Shown here piece by piece: positions 25,615-38,849 of a stretch of DNA of 64,000 nucleotides. Position 1 is the first letter of the stretch. Every line of letters begins with the position of its first letter. A program made the position numbers and the translations under genes. Source of the DNA: Octopus sinensis (Eukaryota); assembly GCF_006345805.1 (NCBI RefSeq), contig NC_043003.1, forward strand, positions 98,208,001-98,272,000, in the 5' to 3' direction. The notes under the pieces are model-generated. The model was given only the letters and a program-made list of their open reading frames with translations, was not told where the DNA came from and did not search any database.

Positions 25615-25995
25615 ATATATATATATATATATCAATCTGTTTCCTTCCCGCAAGGTCTTTGTATTTCTGCTTTAGTTCATTGACTTATATAAACCTAGAT
25701 ACATCAATGCACCTCCATATCTGCCTTTTTTGCTCCCCTTCGTCTTTCTTGCTCATTATTATATTCGTCCGTCTTTACCCTAACCAGTCGCTTAACTTGT
25801 CAGAAACATCAGCTAAATATAATTTAGTCTAAGATACATTGTGACGAAGGACAAAACAGATGTCTGTTCGATGAAGCTTAAACCCGAGCTGCACAACAGA
25901 ATACATCTTGCATGTATGTATATATTATGTATGTATGCGTATACATACATACATACATACATACATACATACATACATACATACATACATACATA

Positions 25996-27050
25996 AACAC
26001 ACCTACATCGACGGACAGACCTAAAGTGAGCAACATTGTGCGAGTTGGCAGTGAGCTCCTCAAGAAACACTCTCTTCCTATACAGCCTCCAAACCAATGT
26101 GATCTCTTACCTCTGAGAAGACCTGGATGGAAAGCACTCAGAGTACAAAAAAAAAAAAAGACAATGCATGGATATGTTGCCCGGGAGCTTGAAGAAGACG
26201 GTAGAATCGACACGAAGCGTAATCCGTCTTGGACATATCTATATCACATCACACTTTGAAGATTACGTGTTTGCAATCCAGGAACGGGAGATTGCTACAA
26301 AGTACCTGGTGAACAAGAGAGACAGTGACGCTCTTGTAATCCCAAGGTATAACCGCATATGTTGGCTACGTCATGTTTCTGTGGAAGACATCACGCATGT
26401 GATTAGCAGCTGTTCTAAAATGTCGTCACGGTACTACCTCCCTATGCGGCACGATGTTGTTGCTAAAACAATATACAATGCCATCCGCAAAAAAGACTTA
26501 GAAAATCCCTGTTATGGAATACATTCATAAACACCAGCTCAAGTAATACTGGAGGAATATTCTCATCAAAGCTTCTGTCAAATGTAAACATAACACCCCG
26601 GATATTGTTGTTTGGGACAGTGGGGCAAAGGTATGTACCATCATAGAGGTCATCTACTCTGCAGATATAAATCAAAGAAAAAGAGGTTATCTATGAACAA
26701 CTACTTCGAAACCTTCAGCTTCTGTATCCAGACTGAATTCATATTCATACCAATAATATTTAGAGAACTAGATTTTGTTAGTAAATGCTTAAAGGAGAAT
26801 CTGGATAAACTGGTATTTTCAGAAAGAGAAATAGACCGGCTAATTCGTACATTACAAGTGCAATCTGTGAGTGGAGCAATAAAAATATGCAAGATTTTTC
26901 TCAAGTTCCAAATGTGAATTTATCTGTGTTAACTACATCCCAAAGATGGAACCTTGTATCTTGGTTGGAAACCGGCTTCCTCCTCAGTGGATGATTTATA
27001 AGTAAAAAATAGAAGAGACATACAAATACCGAGAAGAAATCTTGCGGAAC
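25996..27050 (+). mobile_element. Degenerate RLE-type LINE 3' half
   Basis: YVFAIQEREIATKY..CWLRHVSVEDITHVISSC..RHD (CCHC-like) and TPDIVVWD...IIEV (PD-(D/E) nuclease); follows (TACA)n. Confidence 0.8.
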
Positions 27051-27076
27051 GTTATTCTAACAGGATACATCTTGTA

Positions 27077-27167
27077 ATCACCTGAGGAAACACACCTACA
27101 CCGATGGACAGACCTATTCCCATCCGTGGGGGCTCGATGCTAGATGGGTCGAAACAATTGTTGTGAT
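27077..27167 (+). ncRNA. Type I hammerhead motif, family H2
   Basis: ATCAC-CTGAGGA-AAC..(long loop)..GTC-GAAA-CAATTG-TT-GTGAT; perfect stem I, palindromic stem III ACAATTGT; 10.1 and 17 positions non-optimal. Confidence 0.6.
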
Positions 27168-27307
27168 CAATAAATTTTCTTGTATCTTCAAATATATATA
27201 TATATAATATATATATATATAATATATATATATATATATACACACATATATATATATGTTTAAATATATGTATATATGTGTATATATATGTATACATATA
27301 CATATAC

Positions 27308-27345
<38 letters not shown>

Positions 27346-27938
27346 TACACATGTGTGCGTCTGTGTGTCCGTGTGGGTTGAATGTCGCGAAAAGCCCTGG
27401 CCGGGATGGTACTGATAGCAAACTCTCAACTTTTTATATATCAATTATAAAAACATAAATCCTCACCACAAGAGATACTAAATTCCATATAAGATAATGC
27501 AGGCACTACGTAAAACCTATTTTGATGCTCTTTACAATTCATTAATTAATACGTACATACATACATTACACGCAAACGCATATACATATACATGTGTATA
27601 TACATAAACACACAAAACAGACATACACACATACGTACGTACATACAGATTAATCATGTTTCAGGTGTCATGATAGGACTTTGTTTTCCATATGGCTCTC
27701 ATTGATAACAAAATACTACCTTTAGTTTCTGTGTCACGTATGTGTATCAATGTTTGTACGTTGTGAAATCTTCATTCATATCAAAGATAAATTATCTTTT
27801 GTAACACACAGACACACACACAGACATACACAGACATACAGACAGACCAGACAGACAGACAGACACCGACTCACACACAGGCACACGCACACACACACAC
27901 ACATGTGTGTTTGTGATATGTGGGTATACATTCATGTA

Positions 27939-27975
<37 letters not shown>

Positions 27976-28254
27976 TTGTACACGCAGATAATATATACAT
28001 ATGCTTATATTTACGCATACAAACTTATATTCATCCACACTCACACGTTTATATACTCAAATGTATTGAAATGAATTGAGAAAAAATATGCAGCAACTTT
28101 GCAATGAATTATTAAGGAATCTCGTTCAATAAGTTGTAGGTCAACTCAATATTTTAAACAGTATGTGCGTATAGACATAAACATTACATACACCCATACA
28201 CATATATAAACATATCTATATTAGTGTATCGATCAGACTATCGGACTGTGTTAC

Positions 28255-28450
28255 ACACCGCTGGTCACAATGCGCCTTATCGCACCGTTCTAGCTTTCGA
28301 ACGCCAGCTCATCGCACTGATAGCCAAATGAACTGACGCAACGTGAAATGAAATGTTTTGCTCCATAACATAAAATAACGGGGGATCTGGAAATTGAAAC
28401 CACAATCTTGCGATCGTGGGTGCAACACCCTAAACACAGGGACATGCGCC
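28255..28450 (-). mobile_element. Degenerate SINE
   Basis: CGCTGGTCACAATGCG tail B segment and eroded tRNA-like head. Confidence 0.55.
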
Positions 28451-28453
28451 CAG

Positions 28454-28529
<76 letters not shown>

Positions 28530-28830
28530 GCAGAGGCAGAAAAACAGGATGCTCTGTTACCTTACGCTGAACCTGACAACTCCGCCACCATCAACATCGA
28601 CAACAGCAACAAATACAAAACAAAGGTCGCAAGGCCAAGCACCGTCAACACCATCAGTGAGTCCACCACCACCACCAACACCGACAACAACACCATGGCA
28701 GAATCTGCTACTAAAACTGCTATCCCTACTAAAGACGTCGCCACCAATAACAATACCAACATCACCGCCACCAAAGACCGTGCCGTCAATGCTACTAATA
28801 CTACTAACACCACCGCCGTCACCAAGAACG

Positions 28831-28879
<49 letters not shown>

Positions 28880-30610
28880 CGACGACGACAACAACAATTC
28901 CCTTCAATCACTGCTCACTCCATCACCAACAAGTGAAAAAATAACGACGACAAGCAAACGAAATGCCGAAATTTGCGCTAATGCAGGACTAAATTACGCA
29001 GGCAATTTTCCACCCCTTGCTAGTTGCATAATCAGCAACCACAAACCTACAACCCACACCCCTGCCATCAACACCAACACCACCGGCAGTAGTAACAACA
29101 ATAACAAAACAACAACAAACTTCGCCGAGGCGATAAAAGAAAAGGTAACAAAAGTTTCGTTTACTACACAACAGATTAAAGATTGCAGAAACCTTATTAC
29201 AAATCAAAACGGAAAAATACTCTTACACATACCTCAGCACATACTGAATGAGGAGAAAAAAAAGACAATTGTATATAAAATCACAAATAAAAAAACAAAA
29301 AGTCCAGAAAAGGCAAGCACAGACAAAGTCGAAAAGTGCTTACGCCCCATCTGGGGATACAAGGATTGTGTGACTTGGGCGAACAAGTTCGCACACGTAC
29401 AGGTGGTTTTTCAGAATGAAGAGTTGGCGAAGAAATTCTCAACGATAACCCTTCATTCTGATGAACTAACGTTGACACCGAGTTACCTCGGCCAGAAGGT
29501 GACGAAAGTCATTATCAGTGGTGTCCCCCAAGTGACTACAACACTGTGGATTACATCCGCCTTAACATCCGAAATGGAGGACATAAACATCCTAGATATC
29601 GGTGTTTCGGAAAACAAGGACTGGCTGGGAAAGAGAATAGAGTTCCTCTTCCACATAAGTCAAGAGGACATAAATAAAATCCCCACCCACGTACATCTTG
29701 AGGATGGCCGCAAGTTATACGTAGTAGTCGAGGGCAGAAGGCCACGATGCTATACATGTGGCAGTGAGGCACACCTCAAAAAGGAGTGCAAATCTGCCGC
29801 AAAATTACAACAACAACAACAGCCACAGGAAAAATCACAAAAGCCAGGATTATTGCCCACACCACAATATGGACAGCTAGTCAAGAAGCTGTATGCGGAA
29901 ATGCAGGAAAAACAACAAAGAACAAGCCAACCCAACCAAACAACACCAACACCAGCGCCAAGAACAGAATCATCACCACCAACAACAAATAAACCAATTC
30001 CAACACCAAGAATAACAACGAAGAAGACAAGCACCAAGGATGTAGGAGAGACAATAACCACAACAAACCCCCCAGCAACACCCTCCCCGCGCACCACAAC
30101 AATATCTACAACCGCACAAACACCCAGACGCTTTACCCTTGCCCCCTGCTGATTCGTCAGACTTTTCATCTAACGATGAAAGTTCGACAGAATGGCAAAT
30201 AGCCACAGGGGGTAAAAGAAAAAGATCAAGAAAAACCAAACAAGAAATCGCAACCAAAGCAGGGAGATACCTGAACCCTGAAAACTCCATACACAACAAA
30301 ACAAGCACCAACACCACAAAAACAATGCTATCAGCGATAGACACAAAAGACTCCAAACTAATGGAGTACATCACAGGATACACAAACATTTGTGAAGATG
30401 ACTTTAAAAATAGCAATCATCCACGCACTACACCACCCAAACACATCAAAATACTACACATCACACAAACAACAACACCACAAACTCAAAGCCCTCTTCC
30501 CAAATGCTGTAGGGGGTTTCCAGAAATATCTGTCCCAAAAACTATATAGAAACCTCCTCGAAGACACATCAAAGAACGAGGAAGCCAAAACTTTCGACAC
30601 AAGTAAGTAA
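28530..30610 (+). pseudogene. Tx1 ORF1 (nucleic-acid chaperone with zinc knuckle), 2 apparent frameshifts
   Basis: ORF 28695-30152 has CYTCGSEAHLKKEC (CX2CX4HX4C); its frame is open back to 28530; continues in ORFs 30139-30549 and 30392-30610. Confidence 0.85.
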
Positions 30611-30660
30611 CTCTCTGTACTTCATTTGTGTGTTTTTAAAGCACACACCCCAATAGAATC

Positions 30661-33600
30661 ATGGTCAAGATTGGTTGTGTGAATGCGCGTGGCTTGGGGT
30701 CTCCTTGGAAACAAGGATACCTCCTAAATGACATCAAGTCACATGATTTGGAATCATAGCCATAAGTGAGACCAGACTCCACGAGCCACGGGCCCTAAAG
30801 TCCATGTTTGGCGGACAGTTTAACATTTATTTCGCTCCCTGTCTGCCGAGGATGGGCGGTAGTGGCACCGCGGTACTTTTTCACAAGAGCCTGGATCTCG
30901 AAGTCAAGACGATATTCGTAGACCCGGAGGGTAGACTGATCGTTCTGGATGTTGACGGCAGCAATGGGTGCGCTTTTCGACTCGTATCAGTCTACGCACC
31001 GCCCTTAACAGGTCGGGCGGATTTCTTTCGACGTCTAGAAGTATTCTTGGGAACGTCTCGTCCTTTACTCTTAGTGGGGGATTGGAATGCTACCTTGGAC
31101 ACGCATGTAGACTACGTGGGTAGAGACAGAAACAGAAGGGGATGCAAATGCCTCAGAGACCTGCTCAGACGATTCCAACTGTCTGACAGGTACCGACTCG
31201 ACCACCCAAATGCACCAACGTGGACATGGAGCAACCGCAGTGGGTCGTCGAGATCGTATCTAGATAGGATACTGTGTAGGACAGTAGACAAGGATAACTT
31301 AGGATGTCCACAATTCCACACAGTCAGCTACACGGATCACAAATTGGTGACGTGTACGCTAGACTTAGATAAGGCACATAGACAGGGTCCTGGGTACTGG
31401 AAACTGAACGCATCATTCCCGTCCAGACAAGTTTTCAGAGACCGGATTAGCACACTAGTAAAGAGGGCTTTGACGGGAGCCATCATCAACAACAAATGGT
31501 GGTTTGCCCTCAAGAGAGCAGTAAAAGCAGAAGCGATTAGGTACAGCAAAGCACTAGCCATAGATAGAAATAGAGTAGAGGGTGAGCTAGTTAAGAAGCT
31601 AGAAGAGGCAATTAGAAGCGGCATCGCATCCGACGTTTTGGCGGCGAGGTTGGCCCTCGACCAACACTTCAACGCCAAACACGAAGGATGTGCTGTCAGA
31701 GCTAGGATGCGTGCTCTAAGGAACGAAGGTGTTGGAGCCGCGAGAGAGGCCCGGGTGGCAGAGGCGCAACAGGGCAACAAAGCCACCATTCGGTCACTGG
31801 TAGATGAACAGGGGCGCGAATTGCTCGAGCCAAGTAAAATGTGTGAGGCCTTTCAGCAGCATTTTGCCCGACTGTTCGGGACGAGTGGAGGCAAGAACGT
31901 AGGGTAGACTTCAGTGCCTACCTACATAGCCTGCCACGACTCTCGACAAGAAAGGCAGGGTGCTGCGAAGGTGCCATCACGGCGGCGGGGAAGTGCGGGA
32001 AGCGATGGCAGAATGCTCGAGGGACAAATCACCGGGTTTGGATGGTCTACCCTACGAATTTTACTATTGTATGCCAGACTTGTTTGGAGACGTCTTGGCA
32101 GCGGTATACTGCAACTGGCAGCAAAACGGGAGCATACCGGTTTTGTGAGTCGAGGAGCTGTAACTCTGCTGAAGAAAGATCCAAACAGGGAAACATTATA
32201 GATAACTTTAGGCCAATCACTCTGCTCAATGCAGACCTGAAAATTTTGACAAAGGTGTTAGCCAAGAGGTTGGCGCTTGTCATGGAGAAACTGGTCGACA
32301 ACGCACAAACGTGCGCCGTGCCGGGCCGGAGCATCCATGACAACCTCCATCTGATGCGCTACATCATAGACAGGGTAGTTAACGAACCTGGCATGGGTGG
32401 GGCCCTGATCAACTTGGATCAATCGAAAGCCTTTGATAGGGTAGACCATCGATACTTGGAGGCAGTCCTGAGAGCGGCTGGTTTCGGTCCCGTCTTCCGC
32501 GGCTGGATAGCTGCCTTGTACAGAGGCATCCGTTCGGTAATTCGCGTAAATGGACATCTATCGAGACCCTTCGACATTGCACGTTCGGTCCGTCAGGGAT
32601 GCCCCCTCTCGGCGCTTCTATACGTATTGACTCTTGAGCCACTACTGCGGAAGCTGGCGACTCTGAGGGGCATCCCGCGAGAATTAGGATGCGGGACGAG
32701 CGTGTCTGCATACGCGGACGACGTCACCGTCATAGTGTCAAGCCACGAGCACATCGAGCGGGTCGGCGAGACACTGAAAGACTACGAAGCGGTGACAGGA
32801 GCAAAAATCAACCGGGAAAAGTCAGTGGGCTTGCGGCTCGGCACCTGGAGAAGCAAGCCCATGCCGTCCACCAGTACCTCCGTCGTGGGACGCTGGACAG
32901 ACGGCCCGGTTGAGTTGCTCGGGGTCTGGTTCGGTCCGGACCTCCAAATGGAGAAGAACTGGAACGAGATAACGAGTAGGGTGGTCACTCTCGCCCAGCA
33001 ATGGGCCGAGAGGAAACTGTCCCTAAAAGGTCGGGCGGAGGTGGTGAACGCGTACATCGCGTCCATCATCTACTACCGCCTGACCGTCGTACCTTGTCCC
33101 GACCCTACCATCACCAAACTAGAACGCATCCTCTTCCGCTTCTTGTGGAAAGGATGCGTCCCGATGGTCAGGCGATCCATTTGCTGTCAACACCCGTTAA
33201 AAGGAGGGCTGGGCATGCCGTGGTTGATGATGCGCAGACACGCGCTGAGACTGCGACATCTCCGGCTCTATGTAGACGACGGTGAACAGGTGTGGTCGCC
33301 GTTTGTGAGGCACGCATTCCCGCAACTCGTCTCCATGACCGAACTACAGTCGTGGATCAAAAAGAGGCGAGAAGAAGGGCGAATGGCACCGCGAGTGTCG
33401 CGTTGCTCTCAAGCAACTCTGCCGTCCCGGGTCGACCTTGAGTGACTTCAACACAACCAAAGCATTCTATAGGGGATTAGTGGAGGGGAGGTACGACGAC
33501 GAGCTCGGGGCAAACCTGGGCGTCGACGAGGAATACCTGACCCGCCTGTTTCAAACGACTTTCGGCCGGGACCTATGGACAACTTCCAGAGATCCCTGGC

Positions 33601-34024
33601 CTGGCGGTGCTACCGAGAAGCGCTACCCGTTCGGGATAAGCTCTATAGGCATGGCTCGAGAAACACGGGGCCGACCTGCCCGAGATGCGGGCAGAGCGAC
33701 GAAACCGCTCTGCACGCAATCGTGCAGTGTCCAGCAATTTCCCACCTGTGGGCTTATGTCGAACGACTGCTGTCACGTGTGGGACGTGTCGGTTTATCAG
33801 CCGAGTCTATCGTTAATATCGTCACGCCTCCTTCCTTCAAACGGGAAGGAAGAGCTATTTTTATCATACTTGTGGCTATGGCGAAAGAATGTATCTGGTG
33901 GACGCGTCTGAAAGGATTAGAGACAAACACTTTCCTCTCTGGTCAATCTCTCATCAACTTCTTCAAGTATCACTTGAAGAAAAAAGTGAGAGTAGAGAGG
34001 CAAGTTTTGTCTAGTGAATGTTAA
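30661..34024 (+). pseudogene. Tx1 ORF2: APE endonuclease, reverse transcriptase, C-terminal zinc finger; several frameshifts
   Basis: MVKIGCVNARGL, ISETRL, VGDWNA, YLDRI, YTDHK; PGLDGL, FRPITLLNADLKI, DQSKAFDRV, RQGCPLS, YADD; CPRCGQSDETALHAIVQC. Confidence 0.95.
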
Positions 34025-34791
34025 AAAAAAGATGGGTGAATGTAGCAAGGATGGCACGTATGAATGACGAAGCCACCTTGACTATGATTCTATGAACCGT
34101 AAAAATTAATACAGAGAGTTGCTTATTTGCAAAAAAAAAAAAAGAAATATAACATGTGACTTCATTGACCGAGGTTACCGTGGTCTTTTCCGTAGGCTTT
34201 TCTTTCCACGGGTAAACCTCACCTGTCCTCTCCTTTACACTTCATATTGACATTTCTGTGATAACGATCCCTATTGATCAATTTTTTTCCTCCCCCTTTT
34301 TTTTAACCCCCTTTTTTTGTCCTCTTTCTCTCCTTTTACGATCCCTTTTGATCGACCCCCCCTTTTTTATTTTATTTTATTTTTATTTGAATATTTTTTT
34401 TTTTTTTTTTTTAAACCTTCAAAAGAAAAGCTCTACCTTGTAATTTGTTCTATCTGTGTGCAGCCCTGTGTGGCTAATAAAGAAACATATCTATCTATCT
34501 ATCTATCTACGTACACAGACACATAAACACACGCACACAAATAGTTATAAGACCCAAGCTCGTAAGCTTCGGACAGTCCGTGATAGGTATAAAAAACAGC
34601 CTCCAGGAACAATATAGATTTATTGGCGTTGAAAGCTGTAGGCTTTTCCCACATCGAAGTTCGATAAGCTGAATTTTTTGCAATATCTCACAGTTAGCAA
34701 CTTGAGTTGCTATGAATATGAGTAAATAAATATCCAAATTGAAGGAATGGAGCGAGCAAAATACTCGCTACATAGGTTCTCTAGATGCTGT

Positions 34792-35026
34792 GATGTAATA
34801 ATTAGTCTACGAGGGTACATAACAATCTACTCATCAGGCCAGATATATCTAAGTTATTTGAAGGTTATATTGTCGTTAACTCGCCGAAGATATAATTTGA
34901 AATAATATTTTCGGGGAGTTAATTTGGAATTCCTTAACAACAGTGTAACCGTCATATAATTAATTAAATTATCTTTGGCCTGATGAATAGCTAGTTGAGT
35001 ACGCCTCGTTGAGTAATTATTACATC
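34792..35026. mobile_element. 235-bp fully fold-back element (MITE-like)
   Basis: Nested inverted segments GATGTAATAATTA/TAATTATTACATC, CTACTCATCAGGCCA/TGGCCTGATGAATAG, GGTTATATTGTCGTTAA/TTAACAACAGTGTAACC, AACTCGCCGAAGATAT/ATATTTTCGGGGAGTT. Confidence 0.75.
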
Positions 35027-35100
35027 AGAGGATCTGCTATTTAGGAAACATATGTGAACTAGATTTTACTTGCTTCGTTCTCTCAATCTGTATATATACA

Positions 35101-35232
<132 letters not shown>

Positions 35233-35797
35233 TACTTACCTACCTACCTATATATATATATGTCCTTGTTTTGTATACATTCGAGGCTTTCTTCCAAGGA
35301 ATCTAATGCTCTTGGCTTAGATTTTCCTTTGGGGCTGGCCAGATGGGAGCAATCTCAAGATTAATCAGCCGATATTGCGAGGATGATCCGGTTCTTGACT
35401 GAATATTGAAGGCTTCGAATGTCTCGTCCGTGTTTTTAGTATCGTCTCCTAAATGTTTTACGATCTTGTCCCAGTTTGTAGTCTTTTACATTTACATATA
35501 TATATATATATATATAATTATAATTAAGGGCACTGAAGGAACAGCGTCTATAAACCTACTTTGAATTTGCACTCCATTAACTCCTCGTACTCGTGCTAAT
35601 AGAGTGCAAATTCAAAGTGTTTTATAGTAGTCTGATATATGTCTCTAGCATAGGCGCTGTTCCTCCAGTGTTCTTAGTTATAATTATATCTAATTATATA
35701 TTTATATATTGATTCTTCCTATATGGGTTTTATTATATGCTGGCCACTGATAAAATCACTAATTTTTAATGATTTTATCCTTTATATGTATATATAT

Positions 35798-36731
35798 TGT
35801 TACGAGGGGACCTCCGTCGAACGAAAGCTGTTACGGAATCCCTCACACAGGCCCGTTCGATCAGAGAATATTTTCGCCACGGAAACTCGGAGAGGAGAGA
35901 GACAGACAACAACAACAACAGCAGCCGCAGGAAGAGACACCGAGAGAGACACAAAGAGGCAAGGCAATTGGCTCACATTTAACAACTAATTTATATGACT
36001 ATTAATTGTTACAACATCAAAAATATTTCAGATACATTTAAAAGAGGACATGCCAGTAACAACTCAATACATCATACAGGTATACCACAGATCAAAGCAT
36101 TTAAACTGTCCGGTAACAACACATCAAATTCAATAACAACAGCATTTCAAGAGTACACGTCCGGAGACAACAGTTCTGTTTCAAATCACATTAAAGTTAC
36201 AGTTCAAAGGACATTAAAGACCTATACAGTTCAATGTTCATTACACAGTTCTCTTTCCAACAACTCTGTACACAATGTCTTTACACAGTTCACATTGCTC
36301 TTTTCACTGTCTCATTTCTTTTCAACAGTCTCTTTACATCGATTCTTTTTCCTTCTTTTTCTTCACATATCAATACACAATTCACGTACCTTAGTTCCTA
36401 CTAGAATAGCCAGTGTCTCATTTTGCACCTCATCTCTCTCAGTACTGCTAACTCCAACTTGCTAAACGCTTGCCTTGAATTCCAAATCCTCGCTCCTAAA
36501 TCCAACCGCTCGCCTTGACGACCAAATACCGACTGCCAAAAACCTCTTGCTCTGTCACTACCCTCAATCTCTCTCTTAGCTCTAATACTCTCTCTATCGC
36601 CGCTCAGATTCCTTAATCTATCTTTCTCAGCCCTTCCCTTTAGGGGTGTTTAGAACGAAATTTCCTTGACCGGCAAAAGGGTAGGGGTCCTTCCAAAAGC
36701 CATTACTCTTCCCAAAACAAAGGGCTATAAC
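35798..36731 (-). mobile_element. Putative solo LTR
   Basis: Termini TGTTACGAGGG and GGGCTATAACT; non-coding and compositionally distinct; no TSD seen. Confidence 0.35.
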
Positions 36732-36886
36732 TTTTTATTCCAGACTTTCTGTCTCCAAGCCAGCAAAGTAGGTCACAATCAACTGTACCAGCTGAACCAC
36801 AACAATATATATATGTGTGTCTGTGTCTGTGTCTGTGTGTGTATATATGTATATGTATGTATGTATATGTATATATATATATATAT

Positions 36887-37232
36887 TGGGTAAGGGTAAG
36901 GACAACCTTCGGTCATGAATGACTATGGAATTGCACCTAGAAAATTCATCTTCGAGGCACAAGGCCGTGCAAGGTTGCTTATGGAAGACCTTCAGTTGCC
37001 CATACATACCAACCTCCCCTCTCCACGCCACCGATTTTATCCAAGGGAAAAGCAAAAGCCGATACAGCTTGGTACCAGTGACGTCACAACGCATTTCTAC
37101 AGCTGTGTAAACGGGAGCAACGTGAAAATAAAGTGTCTTTCTCAAGAACACAACCCACAGTCCAGTCCAGGAATCGAACTCACTACCACATGATAGTGAG
37201 CTCGACGCTCTAACTATTGAGTCATGTGCCTT
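36887..37232 (-). mobile_element. SINE head A with tail A2 ending in (TTACCC)n
   Basis: Homologous plus-strand copy at 49828-50160. Confidence 0.8.
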
Positions 37233-37589
37233 ACTGGCCAGTTGCCTTTATATGAACAACATAGACAAATATACATATATCAACATTCAGTATAAAGTCT
37301 TGATGTGTTAGAATTATCAGATGCTTCAGAGCATGTGCCACCATGCTCTGAATGGCAATGAAGACACCTCAATATGGGAAGGGGAGATAATTGCAACAAA
37401 CAAAATTTCTCCAAAGGTGACAAGCAATTAAAGGAAAAGAACAGGGTTATTGTTTGGGTATAAGAGGACTGTCGTGGACACATAGATATATTTATCCACA
37501 AGCTAATACATACATATGTATACACAACCATTCACAAACAGACACAGACAAATACACAGACTCAAACGCATACACATATTTATTTACGT

Positions 37590-37890
37590 CCAAGACGGTG
37601 TGTGCTAGCTGGTACGATCAACCGAACAGCTTGCTCGTGAAATTAACGTGCAAATGACTGAGCACTCTACAGACACGCGTCCACTTAAAGTAGTTCTCAG
37701 GGAGATTCACGGTGACATAGTGTGACAAGTCCGATCCTTTGAGTTACAGATACTAATATTTTTTTCCAGCTCAGGGGACTGGAGCAACGAGAAATAAAAT
37801 GTTTTGCTGAAAGACACATCATCCCGCCGGGCATCGAATTCACGACTTTACGATCGTAAGCTGAATACCCTAACCACTAAGACAGGCACC
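37590..37890 (-). mobile_element. SINE head A, tail A
   Basis: Homologous to 2491-2807. Confidence 0.8.
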
Positions 37891-38748
37891 TTTACATATA
37901 TACATTTATTTCAGGGGACGTGATCGATATATATATATATAAGGTTTATATATATATATATATGTATATACCTACATATATATGGATATATACATGCATA
38001 TATGCATACAGGACATCAAAAAAGTTGAACACAATGAGAAACGAAAACATAAAAACAAAGACACAGCAAACGAATTTTTTTTCGAACAACGAAAGAAACA
38101 AACAGAGAAACGGTGAAGAGGGGAGGAGAAGAATAGTGAAGGGTGAGAGAGAAAACCAGAAAGGACGAAGAACAAGATAGGGAGAGATATAGACAGAGAA
38201 GAGATAGTAGAGGTAGAAGAGTGCGCATCGTAATTATTAAGATAAAACTTACTTGGAAAAGATGCGTGGCGTTCGATATATATATATATATATGTGTGTG
38301 TGTGTATACACACATACATACACACATACATACATTTACATATATATATATATATACACATATACATACAAGTATATATACATATCTATGTATTATATAT
38401 ATATTGACAATATTGACATACATGTATTGATATATAAGTGTACACATATAACATGTGCATGGGTATGTATATATAAACACTCTGACATTCAACCACACAT
38501 ATAGGTAGTACATACGTACATGCATAAATATTTACACACACACACACACACACACACATAATTAGTAGTTAATTAAGCATATGGTATACACCTGATAGTT
38601 TGCCGGTAAAGCACGTTCACTGCCTATGACTAGCTGAAGTCATTCGCGGTATTATGTCACTGGATCTACCTCAGAAATTCCGCTGTGTTCATCGGGTATG
38701 TAATCAAAAGAGAGAGACGGAAGATAGAATATACGAGAATCTCTATTG

Positions 38749-38849
38749 ATCACTATCACAATCATTTCGACCCATCTAGCATCGACCCCTCGCGGTTGAT
38801 GTTGAGGTTGAGGTGCATCCGTCGGTGTAGATATGTCTCCTCAGGTGAT
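38749..38849 (-). ncRNA. Type I hammerhead motif, family H2 (stem III degenerate)
   Basis: Minus strand ATCAC-CTGAGGA-GACATATCTA..TAGATGGGTC-GAAA-TGATTGTGA-TA-GTGAT; extended stem II intact. Confidence 0.55.

Larger units (their letters stand above)
28530..34487 (+). mobile_element. Tx1/L1-clade non-LTR retrotransposon (~6 kb) inside (TATC)n
   Basis: Gag-like ORF1 with CCHC, APE-RT-zf ORF2, 3' UTR ending AATAAAGAAACA; (TATC)19 at 28454-28529 and TATC at 34488-34509. Confidence 0.97.

Noticed and set aside
31337-33069. Several 95-150 aa antisense ORFs
   Set aside because: They are shadows of the GC-rich Tx1 ORF2.
34979-35048. CTGATGA-ATAGC...GCTAT-TTAG-GAAA hammerhead look-alike
   Set aside because: Four extra bases separate stem II from GAAA, and no stem I/III or NUH site forms; the CTGATGA is part of the MITE arm.
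35995-36465. 156-aa ORF
   Set aside because: Low-complexity S/T/F composition with no motif; lies inside the putative LTR.
36887-36900. GGGTAAGGGTAAGG telomere-like repeat
   Set aside because: Only about two units, forming the tail of SINE A2; not a telomeric array.
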